A DNA stretch of 63,739 nucleotides, the filler included, from Octopus bimaculoides (taxonomy: Eukaryota), in NCBI RefSeq assembly GCF_001194135.2. It is 5 parts of 3 records of this genome, joined end to end, with 100 filler letters (N's around TTAATTAATTAA, not from the genome) between each part and the next. Parts side by side here need not be neighbours in the genome. Positions count along the whole stretch, not along the records: positions 19,839 to 33,386 come from NC_069007.1; positions 33,487 to 50,821 come from NC_069007.1; 3 more parts are not named here. One strand, given 5' to 3'. Within the stretch, counting starts at the first letter, position 1, and the number at the start of each line of letters is the position of its first letter. Positions 25,301-34,471 of the stretch are shown here, piece by piece. A model generated the notes under the pieces. The model searched no databases. It worked only from the letters and a program-made list of their open reading frames with translations, and had not been told where the DNA came from. The translations under genes were made by a program, and so were the position numbers.

Positions 25301-28300
25301 GCAATACGGTATTGTTCCTTGGCTTCTTCTAGTCTGGAGATGAAAGAAAAGACAAACAAGAGGAAAGATGAAGAGACACAAACAAGATGGAAAACAGGAA
25401 GACATAAATGAAAAGAGAAATCAGATGAAAAGACAAAAGAAAAGAACAACAAAATTAGATGGAAAAAAAAAACCAAAAAAAGAAAAGAGAAAAATATGAA
25501 AATATATACAAAAAATGTGGCACCAGCACCAGTGCTTTTTGGTGTGAAGGGATGAAATGTGGGTGGGTGGGAGAAGGTTGATAGGGCAGGTGAATAAATA
25601 AGCATTACCTTTGACAGAGTAACCTGAATGCAGAAAATAATAACAGGTACAGAAACTTACCTTCCCAAACGGACAAGAACCTCTCCTCTACTCATGTAAG
25701 CTTTCACATAATCAGCTCTCATGGTAATGGCAGACTTATACAGCTAGAGAAGAAATAAAAATGAAGGTTAAAATATAGGATGGGAGAAATAGAAAGGAGG
25801 GTTAAAATATAGGACTAGAGATGTAGATGAAAAGATTAAAAATATAAGACTAAAGAAACAAAAGTGGAGGTAAAAATATCAGGCAATGATATATTTAACA
25901 GCAGTTACCTATTTAAAGCTGTACATGGCTATGGTACGTCCACACGTACCATAGTTTGCATCACCAGTCTGGAACCCCTATCTTGCTCAGCATATTGATC
26001 TCCTGGAAACTGTTTAGAAACGTGCAACCAGATGAATACCTGCTGTTGGGCATCTACCATAATCTGAACATCTTGCTTCCTTGGGCATGGACACATTAAA
26101 GCTCCAACGTCTGGCAAATGATTTGGTAAACACCCACAAGATTATCCACCATCTTTCCAACAACAACCTTGGGAACCTTTTTGAATTCCGTATGTCTAAC
26201 ACTCATGGACATATTTACAAAATCAATAACACAACACCCATGACACCGTGCAGACTTTTAAGCTGGCTTCTATGGAGGGACTTATTGGACCAGCAGCCCA
26301 AAACTAAAGAGAGCTAAATAGCATCACTCTAATATGTTTGTAATCACAAAATGCCCTGGTGATGCTTAATCAGAGGTTAATAAGGATGGATGGGAATGAA
26401 TTCTGTAATGCAATCAGTCTATTGTTCCAGTCCCAAGTTGAATTCGTAATATACAGAAGGGTTTCAAACAAAATATAAAACTAAGGGGAAAAAATGTTAC
26501 AAATATAATCTAACTTACTTTTTCAGCTTCTTTCAATCGTGATTCATTTTTAGAAATAAGTGAAGCAAGGTTTAAGAATGCATTAAGATGGCTTGGTGCC
26601 ACTCGAGCTGTGTAACTTTTACCTGGGGTTAGAAAAGATGAAGTCTTTTTTAGGTAAGAACTTTTAAGAATATGTTTAAGAACAGGTTAAGAATTGATTG
26701 AACACTGAATCCACCAAAGACAGTAAACGATAAAAGATTTTAAAGATGATGTCTACCTTGAATAACAGGTGGGAAGAGATCAATGGCGGTCTGAAAGGCT
26801 TTCTCTGCTTCCTTTGACATATTCAGGTGCTGATATGTCCTCCCTACGTTGATGTGGGCTCCAATATCGTCAGGCTGAACTCTGGAAGTACAGAATGACA
26901 TTCACCATCAGTCTAAATGCTACCATCATTATAATCATCATTGTCACACACATCATCATTTAACGTCTGTTGTCCATGCTGACATGAGTTGGATGGTTTG
27001 ACCAGGGCTGGTAAGCTGAGGGGCTGCATCAGACTCCAGTCTGATTTGATATGGTTTCTACAGCTGGATGCCCTTCCCAATGCCAACCAATCTGAGAGTG
27101 TAATGGGTGCCTTTATGTGCCACTTGCATGACACCAGTATCTGCCATGACTACAATTTCACTCAGGTCGATGGATCTTCCTTCTCAAGCATGGCTTATTG
27201 CCAAAAGTCTCAATCATTTGTCATTGCTTCCCTGAATACAACTCTCTTGTCAAATGGGAAAAGGTTGGTAACAAGAAGAACATCAAACTACGAAAAATAA
27301 TGCCACAAATATAATGTGTCAGTGTCTAATAAAAGCCAGCAGAGATAGCTGCTGTCCCATACAATATGAGTACCTGAATGATGAAACCAATCAAATACCA
27401 TGGAACAGTTTCAGACTTACTTTGCAGCAAAAGTGAAATATTCAAGAGCCTCAGACCAGTTTGATGTTTTTTCTAAAGCATGGCCGATATTATTGAACAG
27501 TTTGGCATTTCTCTGGTTCACCTTCACTGCAGATTTGAATAAAATATACTCAGATTCCCTGGAAAAAAAAAGAAAAAATATAACCAGAACATTCAATTAG
27601 CCCCTTGTGATACCAACCCACTAAAACCTGACCCTGTTACCGTGATAGACAATCATTCATTTTAAAATGTTCATGTTTAACTTTAAACCTTCAATTATAA
27701 TTTTGAGATTAAAAAAAGCATTAAGCCTTTAGCATCTAAATCAGCCATATCCAGCCAAAGAGTTAAAAGGAAATCAATTAAAACACACAGACAGCATTTT
27801 CTATTGATTTTGTGGTCACAAAAATGTTGAAGAGTTGATAACTTACCAATCAAAATTTCTGATGATTGTTTTCAAGCCATGAACTGTTAATAAAAACACC
27901 ATCAACCCCCACAGTACCATCTTCAAGGTCCTGCAAACAAAACCAAAAAACACAGAAACAATTAGTTAATTGTTTTTAATAGCTTATATTATTATATTTC
28001 AGGATGGTCATTTTATTTTGTTTTTTTTTTGCCAAATAAACATATGCCTGGCTGGCTGGCTCTTGCGGCACCATCCCACCCATGCTAGCATGGAACACGG
28101 ACATTAAACGATGAGGATGAATAATTAGTGGAGAAAAAGGAAAATGCAAGGCTCACTTGTTGGTGTGTTGAATCAAGAGTTCAAATCCTAGGGCAACAAG
28201 AATGCAGAAGCCCATACTAGGAGTGTAGAGGACCCTCTCAGCCACAACAAATCCAACTGGGAAGAAGAGGTTTGAGGCCGGAACAAATGGCAGAATGAGT

Positions 28301-31300
28301 AAGGTAAGGCTCTGGTGACATAAAAGGAAGAAGAAGGAGAGGGAGAGGTTTTAGTGTCATTAAAACATTGTGTGTGTGTGTGGTGTATGGCATGTGTGTG
28401 AGGATATGGTGTGTAGAATGCGTGTGTAAGTATGACGAATGCTATGTGCATGTAGTATGTGTGTGTATATACTGTGAGTGTGTGTGTGTGTGTGTGTGAT
28501 GTATAATGTGTGAGAACAATATGTGTGTGTGTGGTGCATAGTGTGTGAGAATAATGTGTGTGTGTGTGTGTATGTGCAAGGATGCTGGATGTTTATCACC
28601 GGAATCTAGCATGTCTGTATGTGATGTCAGTTGACAGGAATTTGTGAAGCGCGATGTGGCTTAGTGGTCAGTTGTATTTGGCCCATGGTTGTAAGGTGGT
28701 GAGTAGTGTCCTTGAGCAAGACATTTTCTCATTGCTCCGGTCCACCCAGTGAGAGAAAGGATGCCTCAAATGGACAAAGAAAATGTCTAGGTGTGTGTTG
28801 GAGAGGAGAACAATTTCGAATGGGTTGTGTGTAAATAGAGCAAGTTTTAGAAAATCTGTGAGAAGGTAAAGCAAGTTGTAATGTACAAGAGAAGAGGATA
28901 AGGCTACAGTCTCTATGAGAGGAGGAGTAAGTTACAAAGTGAGAGGAGGAGTAAATCACTGTATGTGAGGGGAGGAGAAGGTAACAATGTATGAGGGGAG
29001 GAGTAAGTTAATGTATGTTAGAAGCCAAGTCAATTATATGTGTGAGGAGGAGTAAGTTAGAAAGTATGAGGGGAGTGGTGAGAGCAAGTATGGAGGAGTG
29101 TAAAAGATAGAGGAGGGAGAAGTAAATAAAGAGCAGGAAAAGAAGAAAGTCGAGTCTTGCTGTAGTCTACATACCATAATGATGGCCCTTGCCCGTGGTC
29201 CTTGTTTGGTCAGTGCAAAGGCGACAAACTTAAAGAGCACGATATAAAAGATGAGTGTCGAGAGATTACGGATGTCGAGAAAGGACTGCACGAGTGGTAC
29301 AGTGCCCATTGTCCAGTCACAGCATAGCCATGATGGGCAGAGCAGCAGCCATTGGTTGACAGCCAGCAGATAGTTGAAAGTTAGTTGTCGGCATGGTGTG
29401 TAGGACACTGATGCAGGATTGTCAAATCTGAAAAGCGAAAACATAAATCATCATCATCATCATCATCATCATGATGATAAGGCAGCGAGCTGGCAGAATC
29501 ATTAGCATGCTGGATGAAATACTTGGCAGTATTTAATCTGTTGCTACATTCTGAGTTCAAATTCCACCAAGGTCGACTTTGCCTTTCACCTTTTCTGGGT
29601 CAATAAATTAAGTACCAGTGAAATATTGGGGTTGATGTAAATGACTATACCCCTCCCACCAAATTTCAGGCCTTGTGCCTTTAATAGAAAGGTTTATTAT
29701 TATTATTATTATCATTCCTTTCGGAGCCAATAACATAAATCCCAGTTGAGCACTAGGGTCGATGTAATCAATTTACTCCCTCCCTCAAAATTGCTGGCAT
29801 TGTGCCAAAATTTGAAACCAAGAGAGCTGTGAGCTGGCAGAATTGTTTGCATGCCTGGCAAAATGCTTAGCACCATTTCATCTGTCTTTATGATCTGAGT
29901 TCAATTCTGCTGAGGGCGATTTTGTGTGTGTGTATACATGAATGTATGTGTCTATTTGTATGTGTGTACATACATGTGTATATGTGTATACATGCATGTA
30001 TATACATATACGTCCATTTGTGTGTGTGTGTGTTTATGTTAATGCCTATGTGAGTGAAGAACCAAATCACAGAAGGCTACAGGGAAGCAGGCCTTGATGG
30101 AATTTGGTGTAAAAAAAAGGAAAACTTACTTTGTGAACACTGGGAGTTCTGCACCCATAATCTTTATCCTGGCCAGCAACAGGAACAACGTGGAACCAAC
30201 TAAGAAAGTTCCTCGCAAAACTGAAGTTCTCAACCAAGCTGGGAAAGAGATTTTGCCTTTGCAAATATTGGCAAAGTCTTTGAGAATATTTTGTGGTGTT
30301 ATCTGGAAAGACATGAGAGAGAAAAATCATCCTAACACGTGTATGGGGAAGATGCATTGCCACCATTATGTCTACACTTCTCCGCTGAGTGAAACGCTTA
30401 GAAGTATTTTGTCTGTCTTTACATTCTGAGTTTAAATTCTACCAGGGTTGGCTGTGCCTTTCGTTCTTTTAAGGTCAATAAAATAAGTACCAATTGAGTG
30501 CTGGGGTTGATGTAATTTCCCACAAAAATTGCTGGCCTTGCCGCTAGAATTTGAAACCATCATCAGGTAGCAAGCTGGCAGAATTGTTAGCACACCTGTC
30601 AAAATGTTTAGAGGCATTTCGTTGGTCTTCAATATCTGAGTTCAAATTCTTCTGAGGTCAACCTTTCATTCTTTTGGGGTCAATATAATCAACTTCCCCC
30701 ATCACCAGAATTTGGTGACATTGTGGCAAAATTTAAAACCATTATTATTATTATCATTATTGTTATTATTGTTATTATCAGGTGGTGAGCTGACCGAATT
30801 ATTAGCAAGCCAGGCAGACTGTGTGAAAATGTACATTAGTGTGTGTGTGTGTGTGCATGCATGTGTGAATGTGTTTGTGTGTGTGTGCATGTGCATGCAT
30901 GTATGTTACCTTTTGGGCGATGACAATTTCATAGACACAGCAGACACCAACCACTGTGATACCTTGTTCTTTGGACAACATGGCAGCCACCACAAACAGG
31001 AGAGTCAACAACAGAAACCACCAATCTGAAGAAGGACATAACAAAAAGCCATTAAAAAAAACGTACACAGCAGCTGGGGTCTAGAGTAGAATGTTGGCTA
31101 CAAACCACAGAGATGTTAGTTCAAATCTGGTTATGGCATTTGGTGGGTTATGATGACAGAGGTTCCAATTGATCCAATATTAGAAAGGATTATTATAATT
31201 ATTATTATTCCACCAAGGTCAACTTTGCCTTTAAACCTTTCAGGGTCGATGAAATAAGTACCAGTTGAATACTGGAGTCAATGTAATTGACTCATCCCCT

Positions 31301-33098
31301 CCCCCAAAATTCCGGCCCCTGTGGCAAAAATTGAAACTACTACTACTACTACTACTACTACTATTACTATTATTATTATTATTATTATTATTAAGGTGTC
31401 AGAGTTGTTAGCATGCTGGGCAAAATGCTTAGGAGCATTTTCTCTGTTCTTATGTTCTGAGGTCAACTATGTCTTTCATCCTTTCGGGGTCAATAAAATA
31501 AGTACCAGTCGAGCACTGGGGTCAATGTAACCCACTTACACCTTCCTCTAAATTGCTGGCCTTGTGCCAAAATTTGAAATCATCATCATTATAAACAGGA
31601 TAACCTGCTCACCATCACTCATCCTCTTTGTCCATATTTTTTTAGCAAATGCAGGAATTGGGTAGCAACCCCATACTTTTCTTGGGTTTACATTTCATCA
31701 AACAAAAGCATCACTGAATACAGGTTTTCAATAGGTCAACCATTTGTCCGATTTTGTGAAATTTTTGGGGAGGAGACTAATTGATTACATCGACCCCAGT
31801 ATATAACTGATACTTACCATCATACCCAGCAAAATAAGCCATGAGTTTTCATCACATAATAAAAGAAATAATAATAATTATTATTATCAAGAAAAAGAAG
31901 AATGAATTACAAGAAAAAAAGAAAAAAGAAAAAAGAAATAAAGTGTAAAAACAAAATCCCTGGTAACTTACTGGTTCGAGAAGGATGTTTTGAAGCTTTT
32001 GCATAAACCAACAATGCAGCAAGGAAAAAACATGCTGATAGACTTTCAGCTCGTCCCACAACTCCTGTGACCTAAAAGTGGAATTGAAACCAAGATCTTG
32101 TAAGTATGAAAAAAAAAAGGGGTAAAGACATTGCCTCAGTCATGAATGACCCTGGGATTGCACCTAGAAAGTTCCCCTCCAAGGTACAAGTTCAGGCAAT
32201 GTTATTTTACGGAAGACCAGCAGTCGCCCATGCATAGCAGCCCCACCCCTTTCCACACCACCGATGTTATTCAAGGGAAAGGCAAAGGGGCCGATACAGC
32301 TTGGCCCCAGTGACACTGCAACTCATTTCTACAGCTGATTTAACTGGAGAAATGTGAAATAAAGTGTCTTGTTCAAGAACACAACACACAGCCCGGTCCA
32401 AGTATTGAACTAACAACCTCATGATTGAGAGCCTGACTCTCTAACCACTGAGCCATGCACCTTCACACACACACGGTGTGATGGATAAATTGTCACCATT
32501 TTATATGCTTAATTTCGTGCATGCGCATTGTTTGTTTCTGTCAACTACACAGTATAGTAGGGTCAGTTGGGCACCATCTGTGAGAAAAACAGCACCATGA
32601 TGCAATTCACTCTGCCAGAAATTTGGAAACAGCATGCTGTACTGCTTGGCATTTGCACCAGAAGCTCCAATATGACCATTTCAGAGTGTCAAACATCCAG
32701 TCAACATCATGGTGTTTGGAGTGATCACTAGGGATGGCAATGGTGTAGTGCCCTGACAACCCCAAGGGGTTAAAGGACTTGTCAACTCTGCACCATTCTT
32801 ATCTCATTTCAAATGTGCTCTCCTAATGTTATTCCCAGATTGGATCTTAGATTGATCTTGTTTTCTTCTCAATTACAACTGCACACCAGCAGGATTCTTG
32901 TAGAGTTGCACCAAACGCTTTGTGGCAATTTGCTCTGGATCTGTAAAATTTTCAAAATTTTTGTGTGCAGTTCTAATCGAGAAGGAAACACGATCAATCT
33001 AATCTATAATACTTACTGCTTCTGTGTGTATCGGGTGTAAGGCAAAGAGGACTGCAGCAAGAAGAGCAGTGAAACGATGCAGGAACAAGCAGCAAACT
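22208..33098 (-). CDS. TMTC3: Partial TMTC3-like gene (transmembrane O-mannosyltransferase with TPR repeats), 15 coding exons, 5' and 3' ends not found
   Basis: Manually spliced 15 GT-AG exons with mutually compatible phases (1768 nt, about 589 codons, no stops). Motifs recognised from the TMTC family: [113 protein letters not shown]. The last two match TMTC3 as I recall it rather than TMTC1/2/4. Paralogue assignment is from memory, not a search. Confidence 0.93.
22478..22758 (+). mobile_element. tRNA-derived SINE, same core with a 7471-type 3' body, in a TMTC3 intron
   Basis: CCTTGAGCAAGACACTTTATTTCA core followed by GCAGGCTGTTCCGCTGATCAGATCAACTGGAAC. Confidence 0.65.
23333..23406 (-). CDS. 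TMTC3: TMTC3 exon ([24 protein letters not shown])
   Basis: tttgcag acceptor, GTAAGT donor; 74 nt, phase 0 to 2. Confidence 0.88.
23522..23951. mobile_element. Two tandem mariner-type MITEs
   Basis: TIR GAGGTAGTGCTGAAAACTTCCTGGC and complement GCCAGGAACATTTCAGCACCCACCTC; both units (about 23522-23689 and 23732-23951) share CCCCTCTCAGATTCACA...TTATTGCAG. Confidence 0.65.
24256..24342 (-). CDS. TMTC3: TMTC3 exon ([29 protein letters not shown])
   Basis: aatttag acceptor, GTTAGT donor; 87 nt, phase 0 to 0. Confidence 0.88.
24489..24603 (+). pseudogene. Diverged 28S (LSU) rRNA-derived fragment in a TMTC3 intron
   Basis: GGGAGTTTGACTGGGG..ACCTGTCAAA..GTAA..CAGGTGTCC..AAG.GAGC.CAG..AGAAGGGCAAA.GCT matches the highly conserved eukaryotic LSU segment GGGGAGTTTGACTGGGGCGGTACACCTGTCAAACGGTAACGCAGGTGTCCTAAGGCGAGCTCAG (from memory); many substitutions and no flanking rDNA. 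Confidence 0.75.
24814..25110 (-). mobile_element. SINE-like repeat ending GGACGTTAAATGATGATG (RTE-like tail); other copies at about 26935-27240 and 28050-28120 (+) and 6960-7195
   Basis: Shared CATCATCATTTAACGTCTGTT..CATGGGTTGGACGGTTTGAC..CAGCTGGATGCCCTT. Confidence 0.6.
25261..25333 (-). CDS. TMTC3: TMTC3 exon ([24 protein letters not shown])
   Basis: tctccag acceptor, GTAATG donor; 73 nt, phase 2 to 0. Confidence 0.9.
25661..25743 (-). CDS. TMTC3: TMTC3 exon ([27 protein letters not shown])
   Basis: ttctctag acceptor, GTAAGT donor; 83 nt, phase 0 to 2. Confidence 0.92.
25911..26228 (+). mobile_element. CR1-clade LINE ORF2 C-terminal remnant in a TMTC3 intron
   Basis: Frameshifted translation [69 protein letters not shown] resembles the CR1/L2 post-RT region. 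Confidence 0.75.
26519..26622 (-). CDS. TMTC3: TMTC3 exon ([34 protein letters not shown])
   Basis: ccccag acceptor, GTAAGT donor; 104 nt, phase 1 to 0. Confidence 0.92.
26757..26881 (-). CDS. TMTC3: TMTC3 exon ([41 protein letters not shown])
   Basis: cttccag acceptor, GTAGAC donor; 125 nt, phase 2 to 1. Confidence 0.92.
27421..27558 (-). CDS. TMTC3: TMTC3 exon ([45 protein letters not shown]), start of TPR region
   Basis: tttttccag acceptor, GTAAGT donor; 138 nt, phase 2 to 2. Confidence 0.92.
27847..27930 (-). CDS. TMTC3: TMTC3 exon ([28 protein letters not shown])
   Basis: tttgcag acceptor, GTAAGT donor; 84 nt, phase 2 to 2. Confidence 0.9.
28157..28311 (-). CDS. TMTC3: TMTC3 exon ([51 protein letters not shown])
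   Basis: caccag acceptor, GTGAG donor; 155 nt, phase 0 to 2. Confidence 0.93.
29175..29427 (-). CDS. TMTC3: TMTC3 exon ([21 protein letters not shown]...CCDWTMG...ARAIIM)
   Basis: ttttcag acceptor, GTATGT donor; 253 nt, phase 2 to 0; region of the conserved TMTC luminal (DUF1736-type) segment. Confidence 0.93.
30130..30302 (-). CDS. TMTC3: TMTC3 exon ([10 protein letters not shown]...[10 protein letters not shown])
   Basis: ctttccag acceptor, GTAAGT donor; 173 nt, phase 0 to 2. Confidence 0.9.
30910..31025 (-). CDS. TMTC3: TMTC3 exon ([38 protein letters not shown])
   Basis: ttcttcag acceptor, GTAAC donor; 116 nt, phase 1 to 0. Confidence 0.92.
31972..32071 (-). CDS. TMTC3: TMTC3 exon ([33 protein letters not shown])
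   Basis: ttttag acceptor, GTAAGT donor; 100 nt, phase 0 to 1. Confidence 0.9.
32128..32467 (-). mobile_element. Minus-strand copy of the 33985-type SINE, in a TMTC3 intron
   Basis: Reverse complement starts GTGAAGGTGCATGGCTCAGTGGTTAGAGAG and shares the core and tail. Confidence 0.75.
32472..32742 (+). mobile_element. Second truncated copy of the same DD37D element, in a TMTC3 intron
   Basis: Left end CGGTGTGATGGATAAATTGTC approximately complements the right end of the 17475-18199 copy; shares TTGGGCACCAT, ACTCTGCCAGAAATTTGGAAAC and CATCCAGTCAACATCATGGTGTTTGG. Confidence 0.75.
33017..33098 (-). CDS. TMTC3: TMTC3 exon ([27 protein letters not shown])
   Basis: cccag acceptor, GTAAGT donor; 82 nt, phase 2 to 0. 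Confidence 0.9.
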
Positions 33099-33307
33099 CT
33101 GGGGTCAAAATAGAAAGAATTTAAGATGACAGACGGGAATGATGCTAAAAGGTGGCATATCATTTATCTTTATGCTTTAAACTTATTAATCTTATGTCAG
33201 TTGTAGTTCTTCTAAACAATGACCACCCCATGGTTTATCTTTAAACCATGTTTAACAATGACTCTATTCAAATTATTCAAGAATTGCATTACTTCTTATT
33301 CTTTGAG

Positions 33308-33386
<79 letters not shown>

Positions 33387-33486
33387 NNNNNNNNNNNNNN
33401 NNNNNNNNNNNNNNNNNNNNNNNNNNNNNNTTAATTAATTAANNNNNNNNNNNNNNNNNNNNNNNNNNNNNNNNNNNNNNNNNNNN
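33387..33486. other. Artificial scaffold-join spacer
   Basis: Identical 100-bp structure. Confidence 0.92.
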
Positions 33487-33715
33487 GTCCCGAACAGGTA
33501 AGGCCCCCCCCTCGGTAACACTGCCATGCCAGAGACTTCTGAAAATTATCCAGGGTCTTTGGCCCGAATGTACGTCGGAATAGGCTGGCCAGCTGACTTT
33601 CGTCGAGACCAAGGGTCTCCCCTAAGGGGTCATCACATTTCGCCTCTACAAGCCCTCTATAGAAGAATGCGGTGGAACCCCCGCCGCAGGCATTGCACAA
33701 GCGACGGAAATACAT
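33487..33715 (-). mobile_element. Tx1/L1-like ORF2 C-terminal fragment
   Basis: GC-rich; FYRGLVEAKCDDPLGETLG..FQKSLAWQCYRG then, after a frameshift in a G run, ALPVRD; resembles the W..xGxLPV motif upstream of the L1/Tx1 zinc knuckle; truncated by the spacer. Confidence 0.5.
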
Positions 33716-33984
33716 GCGTATTATAATTACTAAAATAATAACGAAAATATCGAAAAAGAAAATCTACCTAAAATAAAAAAGTTTCTTGAGGATTAAAAAT
33801 ACTAGAATACTTAAACTTGCAAATTAATGCAGAGTAATAACTATACACATACGAACATTTTATAGTACGTAAATAATGCTATGAAAATTATTACTGAAGA
33901 GTCACGTGATAAACATGGCGTCCATTACCAGAGGTAAATACGTATTATAATGTATGTATATATATATATAATATATGTGCGTGT

Positions 33985-34308
33985 GAAGGCGAATGGCTCA
34001 GTGGTTAGAGCGTCGAACTTACGAACGTGAGGTTGTGACTTCGAATCCCGGACAGGGTTGCATGTTGTGTTCTTGAGCAAGACATTTTATTTCACATTGC
34101 TGTAGAAATGAGTTGCGATGTCACTGGTTCCAAGCTGTATCGGCCTTTGCCTTTACCTTGGATAACATTGGTAACACGGAGAGCGGGGATGATATGCATG
34201 GGCGACTGTTCGTCTTCCATAAACAACCCTGCTCGAACTTGTGCCTCGGAGGGTAACTCTCTAGGTGCAATCTCATGGTCATTCGTGACCGAAGCGGGGG
34301 GGGGGAGT
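33985..34308 (+). mobile_element. tRNA-derived SINE, same core with a third tail type
   Basis: A box TGGCTCAGTGG, B box ACTTCGAATCC, core TTCTTGAGCAAGACATTTTATTTCAC, tail GGTGCAATCTCATGGTCATTCGTGACC. Confidence 0.75.
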
Positions 34309-34438
34309 CTCCAAAAACACACACACACATAAATATTTATATACAGAGAGAGAGTGCCTGAGAAAGGGACAGATGGATAGATGTAGGTATGGATAGCTAG
34401 AACGAGATATAGAGAGAGCTGTAGACAGACACGCATAG

Positions 34439-34471
<33 letters not shown>

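Larger units (their letters stand above)
29481..31830 (+). mobile_element. Cluster of eight full or partial copies of one tRNA-like SINE (plus one inverted fragment) interleaved with TMTC3 exons
   Basis: Head GAGCTGGCAGAAT..TTAGC, B-box-like GAGTTCAAATTC, body AAGTACCAGT..GGGGTCGATGTAAT, (ATT)n or (ATC)n tails; another copy at about 41500-41649. Confidence 0.75.
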
